A stretch of 58,657 nt of DNA, counting the filler, from Sphacelaria rigidula (Eukaryota), in assembly GCA_964200075.2 (NCBI GenBank). It is 6 parts of 6 records of this genome, joined end to end, with 100 filler letters (N's around TTAATTAATTAA, not from the genome) between each part and the next. Parts side by side here need not be neighbours in the genome. Positions count along the whole stretch, not along the records: positions 29,383 to 39,074 come from CAXNAA020007952.1; positions 39,175 to 48,866 come from CAXNAA020007953.1; positions 48,967 to 58,657 come from CAXNAA020007954.1; 3 more parts are not named here. One strand, 5' to 3'. Under the pieces are notes generated by a model. It was not told the DNA's origin. It saw only the letters and a program-made list of their open reading frames with translations, and did no database searches. Both the position numbers and the translations under genes were made by a program. Below, piece after piece: positions 36,303 through 49,030 of this stretch (positions are counted from its first letter, which is position 1; each line of letters starts with the position of its first letter).

Positions 36303-38849
36303 GGCATGTTTTCCTCCCTTTGTCACGTATGATTTGGGTATAGTTTCCATCTGTTTTCATTTACACGTTTAGCTTGGATAAAAATTGTTTCGAGGTGTTC
36401 ATGGTGTGGCAGGATGTCTGTTGTCAGCTCCGCCAGCTGGAGATATCTGGCTTGACGAGTGGTGACAGCAGTGGGGCATTTTTTCGCTGTCATCCCCAAG
36501 GGCAATCAAGCGACCTATCGTCCCCACGTGAAAATTACGGGAGTCGAGGAATGGATGTGGGAACAATGGTCCCTACGTAAGAAATTGAGTTGATCGGATG
36601 GGGGGGGGGAGGGGTATCAAGAGTGTAGATGTGGAACCTATAGTCCCTCCGTAGGAAATCAAGAGGGGCAGACGGGGAGGGGAAGAATGTCCCTCTTTGT
36701 CATAACGATACCAGGGGGGCAGGCGGATTTTGTTTTCCCGCTATTTTTAGGCAGAAGTGCTTGCTTTAGGAGCATTTTATCCCCTGCTATGAGTCACGTG
36801 GTTTCGTTGTGGCGTCGTGGGAGTGCTGGGTTCCAGAGTAGTGTTTGAGAAGTGTTGGTGTTTGGGGCGGTGCCTCGAGCTTCGAGGTGCTACTGTATTG
36901 TGTCCCCTCTCACTTTAATCCTGCTGTAGTGTGTGCTTCACCGTGTATGCAGCGCTAAAAGCAAGTACTGCTTACAAACCAACCCATGCAGTTTCACCTG
37001 CTAGCGGGTGGGATCCGGCTGCAGTAGCCCTTCGAGTATCGATGACATTGTTCCATGACTTTGTCCGCTGGCGCCCCCCCGAGTTTTTGGAGATGAGCTT
37101 TTGTGCGTGAAAATGCTAGCTGGTGGACATGAGACAACTTTTACGCCATATTGAGCGTACAGCACTTGATCGACAGTGAGTTCCATACTTTTTTAACTTG
37201 ACCAATTCTTCACCGTGTGTTTTTTATCGTGGCAATGTCGTGTGCTTACAGCTACACGTCGATATCCTATTCAAGCTCATCAGAGGCTTGGTGGTGAGCT
37301 ACTATAGAAATGTTCTAAGGTCTCGTATAAGGCCTGGAGGCTGATTCACTTGCATGAATTCAGGTGTAAGCCTGAATAATTGCAGCCCGTAGCAACGCGC
37401 TCACGTGTGGTATCAATGAGGGCGATCTTATGGCTGGTCCCATTTCCACTCTCTCGCTATCCTTCACTCTGATTTAATAGAAAACACAACAACCGCGCGT
37501 GGTCGCTGCTTTCTCAATCCAAGTACTCAAGACAGAGAAAAGGAGTAGAGTGAATACTTCGAAATGTACGAGTATCGTGGCCATCTCCAGGCCCTTTGTC
37601 GCCCTGTCACTTGCAAACGCACGGCACGATGAGGATCCACTGCGTAAATGCGTGCAGTGCGTGCGGATACTATGTCGCAGCTAAGAGTGAAAATGGGTTG
37701 ACGTTGACTTGTTGCTTGGGGGTGCTGCAAATATTTCTGGCCATTGCGTCTGATACCACGTGCTGTTGCGCGATGCGGACGTTGTCAGTGTGTACTTAGC
37801 CGTAGGATCAGCACTAAACTATCAACCGCACACGAGGTAGAGTTGTCTTGAGGTGGGTACCGAAGTACTTGTTATGATGCTGGGTTGATCGTTTTATGAG
37901 AAACTCCTGTTTGGTGAACCTTCTCTGCGTACGAGTTTCTCTCTAATGACGATTATGACAAAAAAATGAATTCCGGGGAAGCTACCTGCTGTCTGTCGCT
38001 ATGTGAGTGCAAACGTATCTACCGCCCCCGCCGCTCAATCCCTCCGAACAGGATAAGCGCCAGACACGAGCGTAATGAAGCCGAGCAGGGTTCAAAGCAC
38101 AGTCTGGTCTTCGATGGGCTGGGTCGATGAAGCCGAGTTCGTGCGAGAAACAAAGTGTGTCTGCGTGGAAATGCAAACACATCGTTATGCACTCGACTAC
38201 TTGACCACCTTTACACGTTGTCGTGTGAAAACAAACGTATGGCTTCCATCACGAGAAAAGTCATCCATTTTGTATTAGTTACATGAGAGATGGTTGCGCA
38301 GAGGAGTAAAAACGACCCTGTCTCTCCCGCGCGCCCATCTTCCGTCCTCTGTGAGCCGAAGAGCGTGGAAGCATCGTGCTACTGCACATGCACATGCACA
38401 TGCACATTTATGCGGTTATGCCCCTTTCGTGTCATGTCCTTGCCAACAAGGTACTACAACTGTACCGAATCTTGATGGTCCACCGAATTCGACTGCACAG
38501 TCCACGACGGAAAGGGGCGCTAAGCACTTGTCGCGTTAAGAATGAAGGCAACCACAGAAGAGAAAACGCGGACACACGTGGATAGCACCCTGTGGAGGGG
38601 GTCTACAGGGTTCACGTACCCTGCGCAGTGTTTATGGCGGGAATTTTACTGTATAGTGTTTTCCAGCGTAGCACAGGACGCTCCACAGGGTTTCCCTACA
38701 GTAGTGGTCATGAATATTGTGCATCACAGTGTTCCGTCGCCCCGTGAAGAGTTCATCGCTGCTGGCAATGCTGTGCAGTGTGTTTGCGCACAGACACTAC
38801 CCTCCCCATGCAGCTGCGGGCGCAAGGTACTGGCGGAGGAAAGAACTGA

Positions 38850-38922
38850 TTAGGTTGGACGAAGTGTCGAACCCTCGACTTCATCGTTATATATAGTCAA
38901 CCGGTTACACACGGAGCCACGC
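38850..38922 (-). mobile_element. tRNA-like SINE head with a different body
   Basis: Minus strand GTGTGTAACCGG...GAGGGTTCGACACT, similar to the head of the 45204-45466 copy; no cloverleaf. Confidence 0.45.
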
Positions 38923-39074
38923 TTGGTAGTCATTGTGGATTAAATTTTGAGCAGTGGACTAGGAAAGGTATACCTTCTCGTCTTTTGCCCAAGAAAGGTA
39001 CGATTGAAAAAGAATTCCTAGATCAGTTATACCTGGGCGAAATTTGGCCTACAAAAGGTAAGTGGTTTCTGAAG

Positions 39075-39174
39075 NNNNNNNNNNNNNNNNNNNNNNNNNN
39101 NNNNNNNNNNNNNNNNNNTTAATTAATTAANNNNNNNNNNNNNNNNNNNNNNNNNNNNNNNNNNNNNNNNNNNN
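39075..39174. other. Artificial contig-joining linker
   Basis: N44-TTAATTAATTAA-N44. Confidence 0.98.
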
Positions 39175-39818
39175 CGCTAGGGGTGTTTTTTTTTTTTTCT
39201 GAGGCCCCCTTCGAGCAGGAGCCTCTTGATGACAAATATCTGGGCCTTAGTGTTCAACCTCAGAAACAAACTGGACTGAAAAGTGCACCCCTACTATGGC
39301 ATTACTCTGCTACGATTTTCGACGGAACGGGGTCCTTCACGGCGCAACAGTGAACATTGTATTTCGGATTTACGGTGGAGAAAGACTTCCGTAGAACCAG
39401 GCACGAGCGACGACAAAAAACACATTTTGTGCATACCCATGTGGATGCAAACGTGACATGCTAGCTAGATATGCGTGGCTTCGGGTTTGTTGCCCTTGCC
39501 AGCAGCACTTTTTCTTCAAGTGGTGTGAGTTTTTCAAGGCAGTATACATAAATGATGCATACTTCATGCTCAATACGTCGGCATCCTTTCACTTCCTGCG
39601 TTCCTTCAGCTTGTTTCGAATGAAGTTGATCCACGCAATCCAAACAGAGTACACTTGAGAGGAAACGCCGGCTGACTGTACATCAACGAGGTGTTTCGAA
39701 TACTCCATCCGCTCCCTCCCCCTCAGCCCCCTCGAGATAATAAGTCGTCCGCGGTCTAACTCCGAAGACAAGGAATATTTCTGCATGGCAAACATATCGA
39801 CGATATCCACAAACTCAC

Positions 39819-42800
39819 CTGCACCTTCGCGGCCGCCTCAAGCTCAGACCGTAACTGTGCAACCTCTGCGGTGTGCTCCGCTGACAACTTCTGGATCGCC
39901 GCTGCTGTATCCTTATTCTCAGCAGCCGCCAGCCGTAAGTCGCGCTCGGTGCGCTCGGCATCCACGCGCGTTTGTTCGACCAATGCGTGGGCATCACGAA
40001 GGTCGGCTTCGAGCCGCGCCACAGTTTCTGCGGCCGTATCGGCAGCGGCGGCTGCCGCGGCGGCGTCGGAGGCCGACTGTTCGACGACTTCATTTTTGTC
40101 CACTTGCAGCTTTCTGCATGCCTCGAGCAGCTGCTTGAGTTTTCCCTTCATCTGTAATGTTTGGTCACCATTGTCGTCATTGTTGTCGATGACATTGCCG
40201 TTTGTTTGTTTTTTCGAGTTCATCGATTATGTGGGAGGCGTAGCAACAGCATGAGAACACCGGGGGTGGGGGGGTGGGAGTGGGGTACTTTTGGAGCACG
40301 TTTTTTTTTTTTTTCTTGCGTGTTCAGTTGCTTGAATTAATATCGACGGGAAAAAGAGATGCGGGAAACATGAACGTCGTATTAATCGTTATGAAAAACA
40401 CTTCTTGACATGAATCTGCTTGCAGCACGGTACGTCAACTCTCACTGTGGCAATGACGAAGAACGCGCCGGATATAACACGGCACGTCCAACGGCCGATT
40501 CCTCGACGTCTAAGACGCCTGGCAAAAAAAACGATTTTCTGGAATCGTGACCCGCTCTCGTACCTCGGTGGCCTTCTCTTCCCCACTGTCAACCTTTGCT
40601 CGCAACGCGTCCATCTCCTCCTCGAACGCCCCGGCTCTCCTGGTCGCCGCCTCGACCGTACGCTGTGCCTCCTCGAGCTCAACCCCAAAGGCTACCTTAG
40701 CCTCGGCCATTTCGGTAAGCTTCCGTGTGGCTTCACTCCGTTCCTTTGTCAATCGGCTGTCGGATTCCTCTATCCGAGTTTTTAGCTCTGCCGACAGTTG
40801 GGCAAGCCTCGCGTCCGCGGCAGCCCTTGCCTGCTTTGCCTCCTCGGCCACCCGTGTTGCCTCCGCTGCCTCTCCTTCCAGCACATTAATTTGCGTCGCC
40901 AATTCCTTTTCCCGGTTAGCAGCCTGGATGCGTTCTGTGTCCAACTGCGACAAATGCTCCTTTGCTCCAAGTTCAAGTTTCTGCGAGAGGAACAAAGTGT
41001 TTGCAGTCAGAGCACCGTATTGAGGAGTTCAGCATTAGTTCTACATAACCACCTGTTTTGCCGCCGCGCCCTGGTGGTGTAATGGTCCGATTGTCGCCAC
41101 TAGGGTGGGGAGAACGAGGGTTCGATTTACGATGCGTTGGGTATTTTCTTCGTAATATCTGATTTCCGCCGTGGAAAGCGTGATAACGTGAGTAAACAAA
41201 GCGGTCAGCTGAGTTTGTTTGACGTGGCTTGACGCGGTGCGGGAGTGCTGATAGTCATGATCCAATCCGCGAGACCAAGATGCATGGCGTGTACAGGGGG
41301 AGAGATAGTCTGATCCCTTGAGACCACGGACTCGTCCCGAGGCAAGGAAGGGGTTCAAAGTGCGGAAAGTAAAGGAAAAAAATAATAATGAATAAATTCA
41401 GCGTGACTTGCGGTAAATTACTCGACGAGGGTTCGCCAGCGTGACTTTCGTATAGGGTGGACCATACTCTGTCGTGGATTGTTGTGTGTCAATATCAAGC
41501 CGGATCGCGGGTGTACCAATCTTTCGTTTCTGAATCAGCATGTCAGTCGTGTTATCCAACACGGCCATAAACACGGCGATGCACGATGTATCGCGAACAT
41601 GCACACGTACGGAACCGTGTACGGCCAGAGACACGGCAATATACTTCGATCCCAAACCAAGCCCCCCGCCCCCTCCCCCTTCCCCCAAGGAGTAGGGACG
41701 GTGCTCCGTCTCGAAAGGGATGCATGGTGAATGGTCAAACGACTAAGGCAAGCAACAAATGAGTACACCCCCCCCTCTCCCACCGCTGGTAAAGAGGTTC
41801 CGCTGGAGGCAGGAAAATACGTGCTTTGACCTGATTTTTTATAAAAAAAACGCCGCCCATTGCTGACCTTTCGAGCGCAACGTTTCAAGCGCGTCAAGTT
41901 CGATATACAACAAAAATGCGGGAACACGAGAGGTGAAGCATGAGGCAGCCACGGAAGTGTACGATGAATGGATATGAGTCTATCGTGCGGTTACGTGGAA
42001 GTACGCTCCCTGGGGTGTTGAGCACTACTTTTCGTTAGGGTGTTGTCATGCGCTCTCACTTCATCGATCTCGCGAAATGGAGTTGCCATCCTGCAAAAAA
42101 CGAGGGTCTGGACACGCTTTATCTATGCCAGCTGCACACACGCATTACCGCCGTGACCACGAAGGAATTGCGGGAACAATCAGGACGGATGAAGCGTCCC
42201 CAGTCACATAATTGAACAAGAGTAGGGAACGGTGGATATGATGCCGTAGGGTCTATCGCAAAGACCAGCATGCTGCGGGGATTTGCTACCCGCAGAAAGA
42301 CAAACTTGGGGATGGTCGATTCTTCCAGTAACCACCCGTGACTTGGACACACGTAGCAGTATCATGCGGCAATCCTCAATCACATACACACCCCATGCAT
42401 CATAGTACACGAGACTCGCGCACGCACGCCTAGATGTACAAACACCCATACCTCCTGCAACTTCTCTCGCTCGGCTTCGACACGTCCGACCGCCTCCGCC
42501 TTGTCCGCCTCCGCCGCTCGGACAGCTTCCGCACACGTCGTTTGCGTCCTCTCCAACTCTTCCACTGCGCGCTCAGACGCCGACGCCGCTTCCGCCACCC
42601 TAGCCTCCGTCGCAGCCAACTGCCCCTTCAGTTCCTCCACTTCGTCACGAAGACGCCCGACCTCAGCATTTGCCTCGCCGGCGGCGCCCTCCGCAGTCGT
42701 CCCGGCCGCCACCGCATCCGACAACTGCCCCTGCAGCGCTGACACCTCCGCGGATTTCGCGTCCTGCAGCTCCTCGAGCTTGGCGGAAAGGTCACCCACG

Positions 42801-45800
42801 GCCGCCGTCTTTGCCCCTTCCATTTCCGCGGCAGCAGCTTCGGCCGCTCGTGTGGTCTCCGACAGTTGACCCTCAAGCTGGGAAACGGTCTGCCTCGCCG
42901 TCGCAAGTTCTTCGTCCGTCGCGGCAGCGGCAGCGGCAGCGGCAGTCAATTCTTGTTCCTTGTCGCTCACCGCGGCAACGAGGCGGGCATTTTCCTCTTG
43001 CAGTGATTCCTTCTCCGCCAGTGCTGTGCGCCGAGACTCGGCGAGCTGCTTCGTCTTTGCCAAAACCTAATTTTGTTTGTTGTCATTGTCATCGTCGTTA
43101 CACGTGTCAGAACGGGAGACGGGGTGGGCGGAGTACGTCTCTTGTGTATGATGTGCCAGCTGGTTTAAATTGTTGATCTCCTGCTGCTGACAACCAGCGC
43201 CTTGTATCTTACAAGGATATCATTGGTTGAAGCATAACAAGGTAGTTCCTCCCGAGCTTGAGGTATGACGTTCTATACATGTGTTGGTGCCCGTCTGGTT
43301 GCAGCCGACTAGGTGGGCCTGCGTATTCAGATTATCTCTCTGTCTTCTACATACCATTTTTTCTTCCATTCATGCTTTTCTCACTCGAAGTTGACTGCGC
43401 GGAATCGGGCATACCCCAACTACTCGAACTCTGGAAGCAATCAACGTGGGTTGGGTTCATGGGCATTGCAATGAGGGCCCGAACACGCAGTGTGTACGCC
43501 AGCTCTGCACGGACATCCTAAATCTACCCCCGGACTAGCAGCCTTTGTAGTCGCGACCCACGGAGGCGTTACGGGCACAATCAGCACAAATGAAGCGCCA
43601 ACACCGGCACATATAAACATACACCAACATGAGGAGGAGCTGGACATGGTTGCACAGGGACAACTAACCAACGACGCGGTGTGGATGTGCTCTCCGCAGA
43701 AAAAGCTAACCCGGGAATGGTCGATTATTTCAGAAACTGCAAGTGGCTTCTATGCATGCAACGCCACACGGCAATCCCCATTTACACAACACCTCCCACC
43801 AGACCGTCCATGAGACCCGCGCACGCGCGTGTAGGCAGTAAAAGTGCTCGTACCTCCTGCAGCTTTTCCTTTTCGGCTTCAACACGCTCCACCGCCTCCG
43901 TAGTTTCCGCCTGCGCCGCTTGGATACCTTCCGCACACTCCTTCCGTGCCTTATCCAATTCAGCTAGGGCCCGGTCGGCCGCGGCTTGGTGCTCCGTCAG
44001 GGTAGATTCGAGCGACGCCGTCGACGCTCGCAAGTCCTTAACCTCTCGATCCGTGGCCGCAGCGGATTTCTGTGCTTTGCTCAGCTCCGTCTGCAGGATC
44101 GACACCTGTTCCGATACGCCTTGGTTCGAAGCCTCGAGCTGCACAGAAAGCCGTTCCGCTGCGGCGTTACTCTCCTCCTGCGCTTCAGTGGCTCGGGTCA
44201 GATCTGCACGCAGCTCAATCACTGCACGTTCGGCTTCCTCGCTTCTTCTCTCCGCGACTTCTACCCGCTCATGCATCTCATCGATCTGCGCCCTAGCCCC
44301 GTCGAGCTCTTCCATTGTCCTCTCCGCCGATTGCTCCGCTACATTAGCCGTCCGGATCGACTCCTCCAGCTTATCGCGTAGCTGGTCTGCAGTAGACTGA
44401 GCTTCGGACAACTCTCTTCCGCGCGCCATTGCCTCCGCAGCGGCCTCTTCTTGCATCACATTAGCCTCGCGGAGAGACTCCTGGGACACCCCCAGCTGTT
44501 GTTCGAGTTCTTCGACCCTCACGGTGGCGGCCTTCGACGCCGTCTCAAGCTCGCTCGTGCGAGTCACCATGTCCGCGTGAGCACGTTGCATCTCTTCTAG
44601 CTGTTTTTTCAACCCGTCCCTTTCCGCTCGCAACTCGGTGGCTTGCCTTCTCGCCTCGGCATCGTGCTCCTGAAGCTGCCCCTCTAGCAGTCGCTCCACG
44701 GCTACCCTGCCTTGATGCAATTCCATCAGCTGCTGATCCTGCAGGGTTTTCACCAGAAATGACCAACAGAAGAGTGACGAAACATATGTGTGAATTTGGG
44801 GACAGATAACGCGTGTATCGACGATTCACGGAAATCGTTTTCATCATGCCGCCCTAGGTGCAATTGGCGATCGGGAAGCTAGGGGCGATCATTACCCAAC
44901 GAATGAACACGTTATTTACCACGTCACAGCACGGTAACGCCCACATGATAATACTCAATGTTGAGATCAAGCGGGACAGCACATGAGCTTATCGATTTGA
45001 CTTTCAAACACTTGGGCATTTTACTGAACAGAGTGGCAGCATGCCATGTGTCCAGAAATGATGTACTATTCGGTAGCATAAAGGCAAGTGAAGGAATCTA
45101 CTTGGTGACTGTTGGAGAGACGGTTTAGAGATGACAAGAGTGTACACTGCGCTGTAGCATAGGTTGGCAACGGGGTACTGGACTTCGTTCCCGTTCCAGC
45201 ATACTTGCGACTCCACCCCTTCATCCGGACGAGTTTGTGTTCCCAAGACATGGATCCATATCTCCCTGACATTTCAGCATCGTCGCAGATGGGAACAGCG
45301 ATCCCGCACGGCGTCGATTCGTGGACTTTTACTTGCTGCTCACGCTATGGCGTTTTCAACACCAGATTCTCGACAACCCCCCTTCCCCACAATTTTCGTC
45401 AGAATTTGAACCCTCAACCTTCCGCGGTAACCGACGCAAGATGACCGGTTACACCACGAGGGCGAGGTAGCATCAAACGCGGGAACTGCTCATCATGCGG
45501 CATGCATTCAGTGCAGATGTTGCGTCGTTGAATCAAGGTTCGCTCCCCCTACACAGCCAGCGGTGTCATACAACCGTACTGCCGAGCAACACTCAGCAGT
45601 GAACACAGTACATACAGCACAGTGGTCGCGGTTTCTAGACTTGTGTGATTCACCGCCTGTGTGTTGATGTAGAGCCTGCGGCAGTGTCACTCCTTTCCCC
45701 TCCGAAATCGAAGTGTGGTCGAGTCATACGCTGCGCGATGCAGACCTCATCACGGAATATTTCGCGCGGCACTTTTCCGTGACAATCCTGGTGATGCGTC

Positions 45801-48800
45801 AATGACTTTCATCAACCTATCGGATATCGCTATTATGCGGGGCAGTCCCTTTTTCGTATTCGAAGGTGGCATGCTGCAGAAGATACACAACGTTGAGCAC
45901 TTCATCACCCGGGGCATGAAGAAAATATACCTAGATTTCCTCGTGAACTGCAGCGGCTACGCCGCCGAGAAAAGTGTCAGTGGATTCATTTCGTCGAAAA
46001 TCAGTGGGTTAAACGAGATCGTGTGTCATGTGTGCGGAGCCTTGATTATATGGGTATGGTAGATTTGGAGCCGGGGGTTCTCCAATGCGTCGGGGAGGGG
46101 GGGAACCCAATATGAAAAAAAAAATGGTGCATGATTCCATTTTTTTTTGCTGCCGTCAGCATCTCACAGGGAAGTGGCATGTCCAGTGAAACATGGTTCG
46201 GAAAGGGTAGTTTATTCATCCAGGCACAAGGGGGGTGGGGTTGGTGGGTGAGGAAGGTTTCTACAGGCTATCCGAATGCAAACTGCATGGTTTGCAGTGA
46301 TCTTGGGATGGTTTATGGCGTCCTGAGTAACACACATTGCATTCGTTCATCGGGTGCACAGAAGTAACAGGTGGCCAAACCCCACCATTTAGAGAACCTT
46401 GAACACCCGTGCAGCAGGCGTGAGAGCGGTCTAACGCATACAGATAAATAGAAAGGTGGACTGGTCTTTCCCCACACCTTGCTATGTGGTGTGGGATGGG
46501 TTACAGACGTATCCAAAACTCAGTCGCCTCACTTGTGTTCATCTACAATATCGGTATTTCTGACTATAATAACAGTCACCTATTACTGAGCCATCGAAAA
46601 CAGTGTAAATTCTTGCTTCGAGCCTAGTACAGTGGTGGACCCTATTTTATGCCGATTATTATATGCCAGATAAAATTTATGCCGAATTTTTCCAGGGTAC
46701 AACAAAAATATTTTTTTTATGCCGCCTTTCCCTTCGGCTTGGGTACACGGCATAAAGTCTGCTTCCATGCCGGTTCGGCATAAAACCTGGCGCCCAAACT
46801 TTGTGTAGACTGGGCATGAAAGCGAACAATTGAGCGAGTGCAGCAGGGCTACCGTCAGTAACACAGCAGCAAACCTGAGCTGGAAAGCCATGCCGTGTGC
46901 GGCAGGGCAACACTGCGAGTTGCCAAGCCATACGCCAGGCCTCCCTACCAACACAATACAACGTTGAAGGCAGAACCTGAGAAGTCATCGTCAAATCGCC
47001 TCCTTATGTAACCGTAGCAGAGGAGTTTGGAAAGTTGGAGGCTACAGCCAGGGAGAGTTGCATGCAAGATGAAGATGTGTCATACCACCTTGAGAAGGCG
47101 AGAATGGCATGGATCACAGCGCATGCTAGCTAGGAACAGCAAGTTTCAACAGGACGATATCCGAGGTGACCTGAGGAAATGTACATAAACAATGGTTGGT
47201 ACTATGGAGATGCCGCCAATTCTAACGCTAACCCTAACCCTAACCCTAACCCCGACCAAAGCATACCGAGAACACTCGGGCAAGAGGTGCGGAGTGTTGC
47301 CTAGGCAAAGTGTGCGTTGCCAGTTGCAGAGCTCAAATCGACGCCTTTCAGCTGCTTTTGGACCAAAACACGTTCTGGACGAGCTGAGCCTACAGTTTAC
47401 CACTGCTCACCACTGCTTACCTGCCCCAGACCATGACTTTTCTCAGAACTTTCTTGAGTCTGAAATCAACTAAAATCGAGTAGCAACCATTGTTTACGTA
47501 CATTTCCTCAAGTCTATTGCGATAATCACCCATTTTGACCCATGATACTGCACTATAGTAAATATGCGTGAGGGTGATCCGTGCGTTGGAGTAGTTGTGG
47601 GGGTGAATCGTTCTGATAGAGCGTCGCAACGCGCCACCTTAACCTTGGCGGAAAGGACCGACCGGTGTTTCTTGTGACTAGGTCTCGAGGCGCTGTCTTA
47701 AGGGCAACTGTGCATCAACAGGGGGCAGATACTGCAGATAAGACTGACGTACTGTCGTGTACAGAGAGGTAGATTGCTTGAGCAACACAAATGTTTTCAT
47801 TCATTTCGCGTAACAACATTTCATGAGACAGTAACCAATCATCCGTGCTTCAATATCCACTCAACGTCTCCCAGAACCACGCGTTTTCATGTCTACCGGT
47901 TGTTTCTCAACTCTTATACCGCGATGCGGGTAGTCCATCTGGACTACACATATTTTCTTCAAGTGAAAATGATGCCGATTCAGCAGGTGACCTACCCTCG
48001 CGGTCGAAGGGCTTACCCTGACACCGCGGTACGGGTAGTCCATCATCTGGACTACGTGTACTTTTTTCAAGTAAAAAATGATGCCGATTCAGTAGATGAC
48101 CTACCCTCGCGGTGTAAGGGCACAATGGTACTTAGCTAATTTGTCTGATTCTGGGACGAATCGGTGTAAAAGCGGACGGACCCCGTTTTTATATCGAGTT
48201 GGCATAAAATCGATTGTGTGCCAAGTCAATGTTAAGCGGGTTTTTTCGGGGTACACTACCCGGGATAAAATCGTGTCCACCACTGTAGCCTACTTTCAAC
48301 CCCTAAAACTTCACTTGCAGGGGTCTCGTTAGGTCTGGCCGCTTGATGGCCCGGATTCAGATACCTCTCCTCCTCCACCACCCTCAGATTTGGGCGTGTA
48401 GATCAAAATTGGGGTGTGGTGTACTTTTCAAGTCATGGACTGCTACTCGATCCCCTTTCAATTTGCATTCCGGGAGGTAGGCTACAAATCCGAGCAGATA
48501 CGCTGCAAAAGATGTATCCACACGCATGTGCTCAACATGACGAGAATACTTCGAAAGTCAAAGGACTGAGCTCGCACTATTCCGAAAATCAACCACGTTC
48601 TCCGACAAGAGGCGCCGTTTTACATGCATCGAAAACAAAAACACACGATAAAGCACATGCTGGTGGTTACGCTGGCTTCAACTTCCTTCACCTTGGCTTC
48701 GATCTCCTTTTGCGCCGTCGCCAGCTGCTCCTGTAGCCCAGCTTCCCTTTCCCCACCCTCCTCGACTGCGCGCTCAGACGCCGACGCCGCTTCCGCCACC

Positions 48801-48866
48801 CTAGCCTCCGTCGCAGCCAACTGCCCCTTCAGTTCCTCCACTTCGTCACGAAGACGCCCGACCTCA
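39819..48866 (-). CDS. Large Ala/Glu-rich coiled-coil protein, internal fragment (both ends outside contig or unresolved)
   Basis: GT-AG exons in transcript order: 48671-(48866, cut), 43854-44738, 42452-43066, 40564-40980, 39819-40151. All are phase 0 and stop-free, with heptad-like A/E/L/Q/R content. Confidence 0.85.
41065..41390 (+). mobile_element. tRNA-derived SINE
   Basis: Full-length homologue of 10441-10748; A box TGGTGTAATGG, B box GGTTCGATTTA, A-rich tail. Confidence 0.8.
45204..45466 (-). mobile_element. tRNA-derived SINE, divergent subfamily
   Basis: Minus strand TGGTGTAACCGG and GGTTCAAATTC; body AGCGTGAGCAGC...GACGCCGTGCGGGA...ACTCGTCC shared with the other copies. Confidence 0.7.
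47222..47253. repeat. Interstitial telomere-like repeat (CCCTAA)n
   Basis: CTAACGCTAACCCTAACCCTAACCCTAACCCC. Confidence 0.8.
47911..48120 (+). mobile_element. Two tandem pB100 MITE copies (47911-48011, ~48016-48120)
   Basis: Each has ACCGCG...CTCGCGGT..AAGGG ends and internal AAAATGATGCCGATTCA, similar to 6957-7054. Confidence 0.75.
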
Positions 48867-48966
48867 NNNNNNNNNNNNNNNNNNNNNNNNNNNNNNNNNN
48901 NNNNNNNNNNTTAATTAATTAANNNNNNNNNNNNNNNNNNNNNNNNNNNNNNNNNNNNNNNNNNNN
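48867..48966. other. Artificial contig-joining linker
   Basis: N44-TTAATTAATTAA-N44. Confidence 0.98.
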
Positions 48967-49030
48967 CCGGCTTTGTAGGGATGCGAGGTCAATGGTCTAA
49001 TGACTATGGCAAGCATGACCATGAGTACAC

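Larger units (their letters stand above)
46630..48285 (+). mobile_element. Tc1/mariner (pogo-like) deletion derivative
   Basis: TA-CAGTGGTGGACCCTATTTTATGCCG...CGGGATAAAATCGTGTCCACCACTG-TA. Internal relic 46995-47133 SPPYVTVAEEFGKLE...YHLEKARMAWITAH resembles, from recollection only, pogo-type transposase C-termini. Confidence 0.55.

Noticed and set aside
37277-37290. Hammerhead ribozyme core (CTGATGAG on minus strand)
   Set aside because: No stem II followed by GAAA.
40547-44400. Long plus-strand Ser/Ala-rich ORFs
   Set aside because: Antisense shadows of the minus-strand coiled-coil exons.
45715-46062. 115-aa plus-strand ORF nested in the coiled-coil gene intron
   Set aside because: No motif, no linked exons, and a non-ATG start.
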